Source of the DNA: Chlamydiia bacterium
Lineage (GTDB): Bacteria; Chlamydiota; Chlamydiia; Chlamydiales; RGXB01
Assembly: GCA_040382515.1 (NCBI GenBank)
Contig: JBEIFH010000025.1
Coordinates: forward strand, 1 to 15,257
Length of the DNA stretch: 15,257 nt
Reading direction: 5' to 3'
The notes under the pieces are model-generated. The model saw nothing but the letters and a program-made list of their open reading frames with translations. It had not been told where the DNA came from and did not search any database. This document shows, in pieces, positions 8,185 to 15,257 of this stretch; the first letter of the stretch is position 1, and every line of letters begins with the position of its first letter. The position numbers were made by a program, and so were the translations under genes.

Positions 8185-8733
8185 TTAGATTAACGTGACT
8201 TGAACAGTAGCTCCAATTGTTTCTAAAAATGACTGCACCTCTTTTAGGTCCGCATGGTCCTTGCCGTAAAGGAGGATTTTTTTCCTAAAAAAAGTCGTTT
8301 TTGAACTCGATACGGCAACTATGTGGTCCCCCAGGCTGTTGACCCCCTTTCTTTTCCTAATCAGGATGTTCCGTTTGGTCATATTTTGTGTCGGTCTTAA
8401 CGAAAAAAGAAATTTACACCCTCCGGTTGTGCCGGAGGCATAAATCTTGAGCCAACTTAAGGTTTTTTCTTTTTCATCAACGGCGAAGAGGGGATTGGGC
8501 GACGCTTTCTCAAGTTGGATTTTGCAGGCATTCACAAAGCCCTCTCCGATCCTTTTTTTAAGATCTGTCAAAAGTGCATCCCGTTTCATTTTTTCAACTT
8601 CAGGAGCGTACAGGGGAGATACCCCCTTTTTTAGAGTGTGGATTTTCTCTAGAAGCTCTTTTCGTTTCAGTTCTAGAGTGAGTATTTGTCGATCAAGGGC
8701 GTACAGTTCTTCTCTGATTCTATCTAGTGACAT
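8185..8733 (-). CDS. Protein with N-terminal AroQ (type II) chorismate mutase-like domain and unassigned C-terminal region
   Basis: The N-terminus SLDRIREELYALDRQILTLELKRKELLEKIHTLKKGVSPLYAPEVE follows the AroQ pattern L..lR..id.lD..il.Ll.eR..l...i...K.....iydP.RE. R7, D14, R24, K35, P44 and E47 are at the expected spacing; the D and R of the DPxRE motif are substituted. Confidence 0.6.
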   Translation of the reverse strand: MSLDRIREELYALDRQILTLELKRKELLEKIHTLKKGVSPLYAPEVEKMKRDALLTDLKKRIGEGFVNACKIQLEKASPNPLFAVDEKEKTLSWLKIYASGTTGGCKFLFSLRPTQNMTKRNILIRKRKGVNSLGDHIVAVSSSKTTFFRKKILLYGKDHADLKEVQSFLETIGATVQVTLI

Positions 8734-8742
8734 GCGGTATAC

Positions 8743-8772
8743 AAAAAAAGGCCGGTTCTAGGAACCGACCTT
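8743..8772 (-). terminator. Intrinsic terminator downstream of the SH3 gene
   Basis: The minus strand reads AAGGTCGGTTC-CTA-GAACCGGCCTT (11-bp stem with one G:U) ending in a T7 tract. It starts ~35 nt after the stop at 8807. Confidence 0.75.
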
Positions 8773-8806
8773 CGAAATTCATTCTTTAGGTGTTAATAGA
8801 GGGTTT

Positions 8807-10102
8807 CTATTCTACACTAAGGACAAAATAAGCGGGAAATGCAAAATGGTTATTCGACCTTGCAGTGACATGAAATGTCACAGGCTTTCCAATAAAAGGC
8901 TTTAAATCAACGAGCGTCGAGTAGGCATAACCTACAGGGCAATCGCGATCCCGAATGATGAAATCACCCGGTTTGTTACGGACCGGATCTACGTAGGATT
9001 CTAAAACACCCGATACCTTGAAAGAGCGGGTTTTTTGATCATGGTAATAATCTTCAATCGTTTTATTTCTATGGCTCATAGCCCAGGAAAGAAAAAGATT
9101 CTCCTCGATAGGTTCCCAGCTCGGATTAGCTATAGGTGGGAGTGCTGCAGTCGCCTCTTTTTTCTGGTGTTGGGTCACTTCAGCTGCAGTTGTCGCAATC
9201 GAAGTTTCGCTTCTTGGACGCTGCTTGCTTACGGAGATCTCCTCCGACCCTTTTTGTTCCTTTCTTGCAATCTCTTTGGAGATTTGGTTAGCTTTCGTCT
9301 CTAGGTAGGCGAGCTTTTTTTGCAGATAAAGGTCTTGCATCTCTACAAGTTTTGATTTGGCTTTCTCTACGGCTTCAGGAAATTCTTTAAAATCGTGTGA
9401 AACTAGGTGGTAGTTTTGCGCAATCTTGTCAAAGTCGATCTCATGAAACGGTTTCACCATCTCAGCGAGCGTGAAAGCCTCGGTTTTTTCCAAATGTTTG
9501 GTAAGCTCGATTTTTTTTCTGTCTCGTACAGCTTTGAGTTCAGGACCCCCTGCGTAATCGACATACTCCTTAGCAACATAAAAGCGCGTTTTGTTCGGTA
9601 CGGAAATCTCAAGCCATTTTGGCTGTTTTTCACAGATTTTTCCCTCAACTTTATCACCTGCGCTCAAATGACCGACGATAGGGGAATCCAGATCCGGCAT
9701 CAGTCTTACGTTCACACGATTCCCTTCAATCACTCCGTCAAGCACAAGACTTCTAAAGATATAAGCATGCATCTCTTGCAGAGGCTCGACTGCATAAAAA
9801 TCGTTCTTCTCTGCCGTCACAACAAGAAGATCCCCTTTTACAAGTTCTTTGATGATGGGGCTATCCAGCTCTGAAGAGAGGCGTAGGCGAACGTTATTTC
9901 CTACAACTTTTCCTGTGAATGGTTTGAAATGGGAAACTTTCTCAATTTGTTCAGCTGGCTTCACCGATTTCGTTTGAGAAGGTTTTTGTACTGTAGAGGA
10001 AACGGACGCATCTTTTACGGTCCCTTTTTTTGGATTCGCGTCCTCAGCGATTAGCAGGGTAGAGACGGTGAGTAAACCCAAGCAGGACAAAACGCTTCGC
10101 AT
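8807..10102 (-). CDS. Secreted twin bacterial-SH3 domain protein, Chlamydia CT017 (Ctad1)-like
   Basis: 431 aa. Signal peptide MRSVLSCLGLLTVSTLLIA; two SH3b repeats (GNNVRLRLSSELDSPIIKELVKGD, GNRVNVRLMPDLDSPIVGHLSAGD); C-terminal RSNNHFAFPAYFVLSVE; RBS AAGGAG upstream. Lies next to the CT016- and CT015-like genes. Confidence 0.8.
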   Translation of the reverse strand: MRSVLSCLGLLTVSTLLIAEDANPKKGTVKDASVSSTVQKPSQTKSVKPAEQIEKVSHFKPFTGKVVGNNVRLRLSSELDSPIIKELVKGDLLVVTAEKNDFYAVEPLQEMHAYIFRSLVLDGVIEGNRVNVRLMPDLDSPIVGHLSAGDKVEGKICEKQPKWLEISVPNKTRFYVAKEYVDYAGGPELKAVRDRKKIELTKHLEKTEAFTLAEMVKPFHEIDFDKIAQNYHLVSHDFKEFPEAVEKAKSKLVEMQDLYLQKKLAYLETKANQISKEIARKEQKGSEEISVSKQRPRSETSIATTAAEVTQHQKKEATAALPPIANPSWEPIEENLFLSWAMSHRNKTIEDYYHDQKTRSFKVSGVLESYVDPVRNKPGDFIIRDRDCPVGYAYSTLVDLKPFIGKPVTFHVTARSNNHFAFPAYFVLSVE

Positions 10103-10394
10103 ACCTTAAACTCCTTGAATAACAACATTCTATGAGTTTTTCAGTATTTCTCTCTAGCGTTTTTTCGTTATAACAAAACCAAAAGAGATTTTCTTGACCA
10201 ATCTTGAAAAAAAAACGAGACAATTTTCACCCTCTCGCTGTTTGTTGAGATTCTTTAATCATTTAAAAAAAAGACAGCTTATGAGCTGCTGAGAATGTTT
10301 TTAGGGAAAAATTTAGAAGTTATTTTAAGTGAAAAAGGGAATTGCAGGCAAACGATTTTTCGTTGAAGAGTTGGCGAAGGCAGGTTATTTTTAA

Positions 10395-11144
10395 TTAGGT
10401 TTTCAGGGCTGCAATGATGTGTTGGCAACGATTGGATCCGCAGGAGCATCCCAGGGGTTCGCCAAGGTAGACCTGATACAATACTCCAGGCTCATCTCTG
10501 CTTGTTACCTTAAACATGTGGGGCCCTACTTCCTCAACCATCCATTCGGGATCTATACCACCCCTTAACAGATCCTTGGGAAGATTTTTCGGTATGTGGG
10601 GCTTTTTTTCCTCTACCCTTTCGTTTTTTAAAGCCCTGGCTATTTGGCAAAAAAAACAGTTGCAAAGCTCTACAGGTTCCACCTCTTTGACCATATCTCC
10701 ACCGATCGCTTTGGCGATCAGGGTGATCTTATCGAGAATCTCTTTGGGTAGTGGAGGGGAATTGGAGAACTGGGGATTGTGCCCCTGAAATAAAGATCCC
10801 GGATCGTTGGCATCCAAGTGAAACGAGATCGGGGCGCCGAAAGAGGTCGCCACGTTTGCATCCATAGGGGGGGGTTGAAAAAGATTGGAGAAAAAGGGGA
10901 TCTCTTTAACGTTTTTAAAACGCTCTTCTTCGTCTGCCGATTCCTCTAGATGCTGGACGTGCATCTTGAAAATCAGGTCGATCTGATCCTGGGTGAGGTT
11001 GGGAACCTGGGCCCGTGTACCGGATAAAAGATAGACAAAAAGGAGGTCTTGCCCCTCGATATGTTCGACTCCCAAAGAGGCTATTTCACTCCATTTACAG
11101 GAGATGTGAGGAGGGATGTGAAGCACTCTTTGGTTGATCTTCAT
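10395..11144 (-). CDS. Chlamydial conserved protein CT016-like with C-terminal SWIM-type zinc finger
   Basis: 249 aa. N-terminus MKINQRVLHIPPHISCKWSEI, GHNPQFSNSPPLPKEIL, CNCFFCQ, and C-terminal YQVYLGEPLGCSCGSNRCQHI (CxC-x4-CxH). Confidence 0.8.
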   Translation of the reverse strand: MKINQRVLHIPPHISCKWSEIASLGVEHIEGQDLLFVYLLSGTRAQVPNLTQDQIDLIFKMHVQHLEESADEEERFKNVKEIPFFSNLFQPPPMDANVATSFGAPISFHLDANDPGSLFQGHNPQFSNSPPLPKEILDKITLIAKAIGGDMVKEVEPVELCNCFFCQIARALKNERVEEKKPHIPKNLPKDLLRGGIDPEWMVEEVGPHMFKVTSRDEPGVLYQVYLGEPLGCSCGSNRCQHIIAALKT

Positions 11145-11170
11145 TAAAATTCTTAGGTTACCTTTAAAAG

Positions 11171-11200
11171 ACTATACTCAATTCACCATCCCCTTGTCAA
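11171..11200 (-). promoter_or_regulatory. Sigma70/sigma66-type promoter for the SWIM protein gene
   Basis: Minus strand TTGACA (11200-11195), 18-nt spacer, TATAGT (11176-11171), 26 nt upstream of the ATG at 11144. Confidence 0.7.
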
Positions 11201-11271
11201 ACCCGTTTTTTTCTCTTGATTTTAGGAGGTAAAAGGGGCCATAAGGCAAAGAAACAATTCACGGAGTTTGA

Positions 11272-12576
11272 ATGGGTCACGGGCGTAAAACGTTTCTTTT
11301 GGATTCAACGGTCCTTTTGTATGATGTCGATGTTATCCAACACTTTAAGCGCTCAAATGTTGTGATCCCAAGCTTTGTGATTGATGACCTGGATAAGCAT
11401 GTGGGGCAGAAGACCGACTACGGTATTATAGCCCGCGATCAGCTGCAGTTTTTAAGCGAGCTCTCAAAGACGGGGGATATCAATCATGGGGTGATCATAG
11501 ACGGCGAGATCCTCGTCCGGATTGATACCTTGATCGGATCCATAGACAAAAAAAGGCTACCCCATTTAGCCGATCTCCCTCAAAATCGTATTGTTCATCT
11601 AGCATATGCTCTCAAGGGGGAGCTGGACAACCTTGTTGTAGTTTCCAGATCGGTTGCAACGCGCCTTTCCCTTGAGGTACTCGGAATCGAGGCTAATGAC
11701 TTCCAGCCCCCGCGTAAAGATATCGATCCGGTGTCAAGAATGCGCACAATTCATGTCGAAAAATCGGTGATTGATCACTCCTATATAGACGGTTTTGTCC
11801 ACATGCCGGAAGAATCCTTTTTAAATAATGAATATGTTTTACTTTTAGCTAAAGAGGGATCGCAACTTCTTTGCCGTTTTCACCCAAGAGAAAAAAAACT
11901 TTTTCCGATCCGCAGAAAGGGGACAAAAGTTGCCAGGGGGATCTTAGCAAAAAATATCGAACAGGAAATCGCTCTGGATATGCTTCTAGCTGAGGATATC
12001 CCTCTAGTTTCGTTGATTGGAAGAGCCGGTACCGGAAAGACTTTACTAGCCATGGCGGCAGCCTTTGAGATGGTATTTGATAAGGGGATTTATAAACATC
12101 TGATCGTTACCCGTCCTGTCCACTCATTAGGCCCCGATATCGGCCATTTGCCCGGAACTGCTCAAGATAAATTGAAACCCCTCTTCGGAGCCTACTTTGA
12201 TAATATCGAGACAATCAAGGAGGCGCGCAATGAGGATGTCGGAGATGTGGCCGAGTGGGTGAGCTGCCAGCCAAAAATCAAAATGGAGGCGATCGCCCAT
12301 ATGCGTGGCCGCTCCTTTCAAAGATCCATTTTGATCATCGACGAGTGTCAGAACTGCTCGCCCCATGAAATCAAGACCCTTATCTCAAGATCGGGGATCG
12401 GGACAAAGGTTATTTTGATTGGAGACATTGAGCAAATCGATGCAAAAAACCTGAACCGCTATTCGAATGGTCTTTCCGAGGTGACCTCCCATTTTGCCAA
12501 TAGCCCGATAGCTGCCTACTCCTACCTGCAGGCGGTGGAGAGATCGGCTTTGGCGCTAGAGGCATCAAGAATGTAG
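11272..12576 (+). CDS. phoH: PhoH family ATPase with N-terminal PIN-like domain (PhoH2/YlaK type; CT015-like)
   Basis: 434 aa. PIN start FLLDSTVLLYD, Walker A GRAGTGKT, IGHLPG, MRGRS, IIDECQN, GDIEQID, NGLS, ERS. RBS GGAG at 11263-11266. Confidence 0.92.
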   Translation: MGHGRKTFLLDSTVLLYDVDVIQHFKRSNVVIPSFVIDDLDKHVGQKTDYGIIARDQLQFLSELSKTGDINHGVIIDGEILVRIDTLIGSIDKKRLPHLADLPQNRIVHLAYALKGELDNLVVVSRSVATRLSLEVLGIEANDFQPPRKDIDPVSRMRTIHVEKSVIDHSYIDGFVHMPEESFLNNEYVLLLAKEGSQLLCRFHPREKKLFPIRRKGTKVARGILAKNIEQEIALDMLLAEDIPLVSLIGRAGTGKTLLAMAAAFEMVFDKGIYKHLIVTRPVHSLGPDIGHLPGTAQDKLKPLFGAYFDNIETIKEARNEDVGDVAEWVSCQPKIKMEAIAHMRGRSFQRSILIIDECQNCSPHEIKTLISRSGIGTKVILIGDIEQIDAKNLNRYSNGLSEVTSHFANSPIAAYSYLQAVERSALALEASRM

Positions 12577-13659
12577 TGAGAAAAATAGATCTCTTTCGAG
12601 AGGAGAATATGCACGCTCCATCCTGCCCGGTTGGGGAGTGGTAGGTTTTTTTGAAAGACCCATGAGAAGAATGTTTGTAAACATAAAGATCTTAAAAATT
12701 CCTCCCCCGAAGCTCGCAGTGTTTTTTGCTTTTTTGTTTTTTAGGAGCTCTTCTTGTGCTGCAGAGGAATTGGAACATTCTGCATATTGATCAAGCTTTT
12801 CAAGCGACTGTTCATCAAAAGTAAAAAATGGGGCAAAAGCGTACGGGTTCTCGTGGACTTTGGCAATAGATAGGATCTCATCACTAGTAAATAGTTTTGT
12901 AGAGCCGGGATTTTTATGGAAAAAACTGTGTCCGACCAACGGGTATTTTTTTGCAAATTCTATAAATGTCTCTTTCGATGGGAAAAAATGGAGGGACAGT
13001 TGCCGAAATTTAAGAATTTTTTGTTGGATCAATCGTTCTAACAAAATCGGGTTTTTTTGAAAAAATGGGGCGAAAGTTTCCAGTTCGAAACCATAGAGTC
13101 GCCGCATCTCATCGCTCACTTTTTCTTTCATCGGGGATGAGGGTCCACTCAGTATGTCCAAAACAGCTTTGGGAAATTTAAAAACGTTTAGAGTTTCTGT
13201 TTCGAATATTTTTTCATTGAGAAGGGGGAGCTTTTTGATGTCTTTAAGGTCAAAACCCACCTCATTTTTCAATTGTGAAAGATTCTGCATGCAAATCACA
13301 AAATTGAGATCTTTTTTAAGTCTCATAGGTGCGCTTTCAAAATTTTCTTTCATATTGAGGGCGGGATTATAGGAAAATGCAAACGTAGAGTAGAGAGCTT
13401 CTACTAATAGATCCTCTTTTGAAAGATTTTTAGGGGGCTGGCCGTTGGTTAAAAAATGGGATTGGAAATTTCTTATTGGTGGTTGGAAGTCGACCCTATT
13501 GTGTAGCTTTGAGTTATGGAAAAACCTCTGTTGAGGGGCAGGTCTATATAATGAAAGGAGTGCCAATTTCGATTCAAAAAAAGTTTTAACATAAGAGCTG
13601 TTCCCCCTGAGGGAACTAGAGCGAAAAAGGGTACCTACTTGAGAAATCATTGAAAGCAT
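12565..13659 (-). CDS. Hypothetical protein with Ser/Arg-rich, acid-poor N-terminus and a hydrophobic segment near the C-terminus
   Basis: 364-aa ORF with its own near-consensus promoter. No recognisable catalytic family. Overlaps the 3' end of phoH by 12 bp. Confidence 0.7.
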   Translation of the reverse strand: MLSMISQVGTLFRSSSLRGNSSYVKTFFESKLALLSLYRPAPQQRFFHNSKLHNRVDFQPPIRNFQSHFLTNGQPPKNLSKEDLLVEALYSTFAFSYNPALNMKENFESAPMRLKKDLNFVICMQNLSQLKNEVGFDLKDIKKLPLLNEKIFETETLNVFKFPKAVLDILSGPSSPMKEKVSDEMRRLYGFELETFAPFFQKNPILLERLIQQKILKFRQLSLHFFPSKETFIEFAKKYPLVGHSFFHKNPGSTKLFTSDEILSIAKVHENPYAFAPFFTFDEQSLEKLDQYAECSNSSAAQEELLKNKKAKNTASFGGGIFKIFMFTNILLMGLSKKPTTPQPGRMERAYSPLERDLFFSLHS

Positions 13660-13680
13660 CCCGTGTACTTTTAAGGTTAA

Positions 13681-13709
13681 ATTATAATAAATTTTATAAA
13701 TTTAATCAA
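13681..13709 (-). promoter_or_regulatory. Sigma70/sigma66-type promoter for the 364-aa gene
   Basis: Minus strand TTGATT (13709-13704), 17-nt spacer, TATAAT (13686-13681), 21 nt upstream of the ATG at 13659. Confidence 0.7.
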
Positions 13710-13912
13710 ATAAAGACTTGGGAATTTAGGGTTTTTTTTAAGGGGGGTTTTTTTACCTGAGACTAAGGAGTTTATGAATAATATATTAAAAAATTTACTT
13801 TAAAAATAGGGCTGAGGGTGCAGGCAAGGGGGATATATTTCATTTTTCTCCTAAAAAGGATGTCTTTAAAGGGGCTGTTTAGCTTATAGTAGATCCCTAT
13901 TATGGAGATTCG

Positions 13913-15257
13913 ATGGGCTTTACTAGATTAAACTTGCATAAAAAAATTCTTGATAAATTGGAGAAGCTAGGTTTTTCTAGTCCTACCCCGATTCAAAATG
14001 AGGCGATCCCTCACATACTGGAGGGGAAAGATATCTTGGCTTGTGCTGATACCGGTACCGGTAAAACAGCCGCGTTTCTTTTGCCTACAATCCATATGCT
14101 CCTAGAAAAAAGCGAGGACACCACAGGACCTAAAGTTCTCATTTTGTCTCCTACAAGGGAACTCGCCGCCCAGATTGAAAAAGAGGTCATTCGGTTCTCC
14201 AGCGGTATGAACCATATCCGATCGGTTGTCGTTTTCGGTGGAGCCGGGTGGACCGAACAGGTAAAAAAAGTTTCCAAACCCCATGATATTCTCGTAGCAA
14301 CTCCGGGTCGTTTGATCGATCTAATGGAGAAAAAAAAGGTGGATCTCAGCCAAATCCAGGTTCTTGTCATAGATGAAGCCGACAGAATGTTGGATATGGG
14401 ATTTATTGAGCCGGTAAATTTGATTGCTTCTAATACCCATCCTGACCGACAGACCCTCCTTTTCTCAGCCACATTAAAGGGGCCGGTATTGAATCTTTGC
14501 AAAAATTTGACCATAAATCCGGTCAGAGTGGAGATCGAGAAGGAGAAAAAAGAGGTAGAGAACATCAAGGAGCATTTCTACTTCACAAACGACATTGCTC
14601 ATAAGCATCGTGTTCTTTCAGAAATCTTGCAAAAAGAGAATGTAAACCAGGCCATCATATTTGCTGCCACAAAAAGGTCTACTGAAGAGTTGTCTGAAAA
14701 ACTGAATGAAGAGGGGTTTGAGGCCTCAGCTCTCCATGGGGATATGAAGCAACGTCAAAGAGACCGCACCTTAAAATACTTAAGAAATGGGGAAATCCGT
14801 ATCTTGGTGGCCACCGATGTCGCAGCTAGAGGTATTGATGTCTCAACCATTACCCATGTAATCAACTTTGACCTGCCGAAACAGGTGGAGGACTATGTCC
14901 ATCGCATAGGACGTACCGGCCGTGCAGGAGCTGAGGGAGAGGCGCACTCTTTTGCATCAAAAAGGGATAGGGCTATAGTTACTGATATTGAAAAGATCAT
15001 GAATAAAACTTATGACATCTTTTTAGGTGATAAAAATCCGACTAGGGAGAAGAAGGGGAAAAATTTTTCCGAAGGACGCGATAGACCGAAGTTTTCAAGA
15101 GAAAGAAAGTCCGAGTTTGGCGATCGTGAGAGAAGACCTTTTGGCGACAGAAAGTCCGAGTTTGGCGACCGTGAAAGAAGACCTTTTGGCGACAGAAAGT
15201 CCGAGTTTGGCGACCGTGAAAGAAGACCTTTTGGCGACAGGAAGTCCGAGTTTGGCG
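13913..15257 (+). CDS. DEAD-box RNA helicase (RhlE-like architecture), 3'-truncated by window end; missing from the supplied ORF track
   Basis: Manual translation from ATG 13913 (RBS GGAG 13904-13907) is open to the window end. Motifs: Q motif LGFSSPTPIQ, ADTGTGKT, SPTRELA, ATPGRL, DEAD (14372-14383), FSAT, LHGDMKQ, ATDVAARGID, HRIGRTGRAG (from 14900). Confidence 0.96.
   Translation, partial: MGFTRLNLHKKILDKLEKLGFSSPTPIQNEAIPHILEGKDILACADTGTGKTAAFLLPTIHMLLEKSEDTTGPKVLILSPTRELAAQIEKEVIRFSSGMNHIRSVVVFGGAGWTEQVKKVSKPHDILVATPGRLIDLMEKKKVDLSQIQVLVIDEADRMLDMGFIEPVNLIASNTHPDRQTLLFSATLKGPVLNLCKNLTINPVRVEIEKEKKEVENIKEHFYFTNDIAHKHRVLSEILQKENVNQAIIFAATKRSTEELSEKLNEEGFEASALHGDMKQRQRDRTLKYLRNGEIRILVATDVAARGIDVSTITHVINFDLPKQVEDYVHRIGRTGRAGAEGEAHSFASKRDRAIVTDIEKIMNKTYDIFLGDKNPTREKKGKNFSEGRDRPKFSRERKSEFGDRERRPFGDRKSEFGDRERRPFGDRKSEFGDRERRPFGDRKSEFG
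15104..15257 (+). repeat. 45-bp in-frame tandem repeat, at least 3.4 copies, encoding RKSEFGDRERRPFGD
   Basis: Units start at 15104, 15149, 15194 and 15239. Consensus AGAAAGTCCGAGTTTGGCGACCGTGAAAGAAGACCTTTTGGCGAC; the only differences are synonymous. Confidence 0.95.

Noticed and set aside
4506..12576. Anti-phage defence or toxin-antitoxin island (RmuC nuclease fold, PIN, SWIM)
   Set aside because: These look like ordinary chlamydial conserved genes. The PIN appears degenerate, no antitoxin-like ORF precedes it, and there are no mobility genes.
698..13372. Remaining short overlapping ORFs in the track (e.g. 698-940, 882-1268, 2179-2469, 4424-4948, 6143-6583, 8447-8761, 9407-9874, 10516-10788, 12127-12366)
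   Set aside because: They lie antisense or out of frame within longer, better-supported genes and show no motifs of their own.
14011..14568. 185-aa and 60-aa minus-strand ORFs
   Set aside because: They are antisense shadows of the DEAD-box helicase, which carries all canonical motifs on the plus strand.
15104..15257. Possible CRISPR array
   Set aside because: The units are contiguous with no unique spacers, the 45-bp period is in frame within the helicase with only synonymous changes, and no cas genes are present.

Overview
This is an AT-rich, gene-dense bacterial window, most likely from an environmental member of Chlamydiota. The assignment rests on a PhoH / SWIM-finger / twin-SH3 gene trio matching the CT015-CT017 arrangement of Chlamydia, plus a DUF2608-like gene. 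In order, the window holds: the 3' end of a probable outer-membrane beta-barrel gene broken at two homopolymer runs; a DUF2608-like HAD protein; a YtqB/MnmM-like SAM methyltransferase; a 747-aa protein with a C-terminal U-box; RmuC; a long U32-family (RlhA-like) Fe-S hydroxylase; a convergent protein with an N-terminal AroQ chorismate-mutase-like domain; a secreted twin-SH3 protein; a SWIM zinc-finger protein; a PIN-PhoH ATPase; a 364-aa hypothetical with a mitochondrial-presequence-like N-terminus; and a DEAD-box helicase (absent from the ORF track) that runs off the end in a 45-bp coding tandem repeat. The best leads are the U32 hydroxylase abutting a possible prephenate-producing enzyme and two candidate host-directed effectors. 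No rRNA, tRNA, CRISPR array or mobile element was recognised. All family calls come from motif recognition by eye, not database searches.
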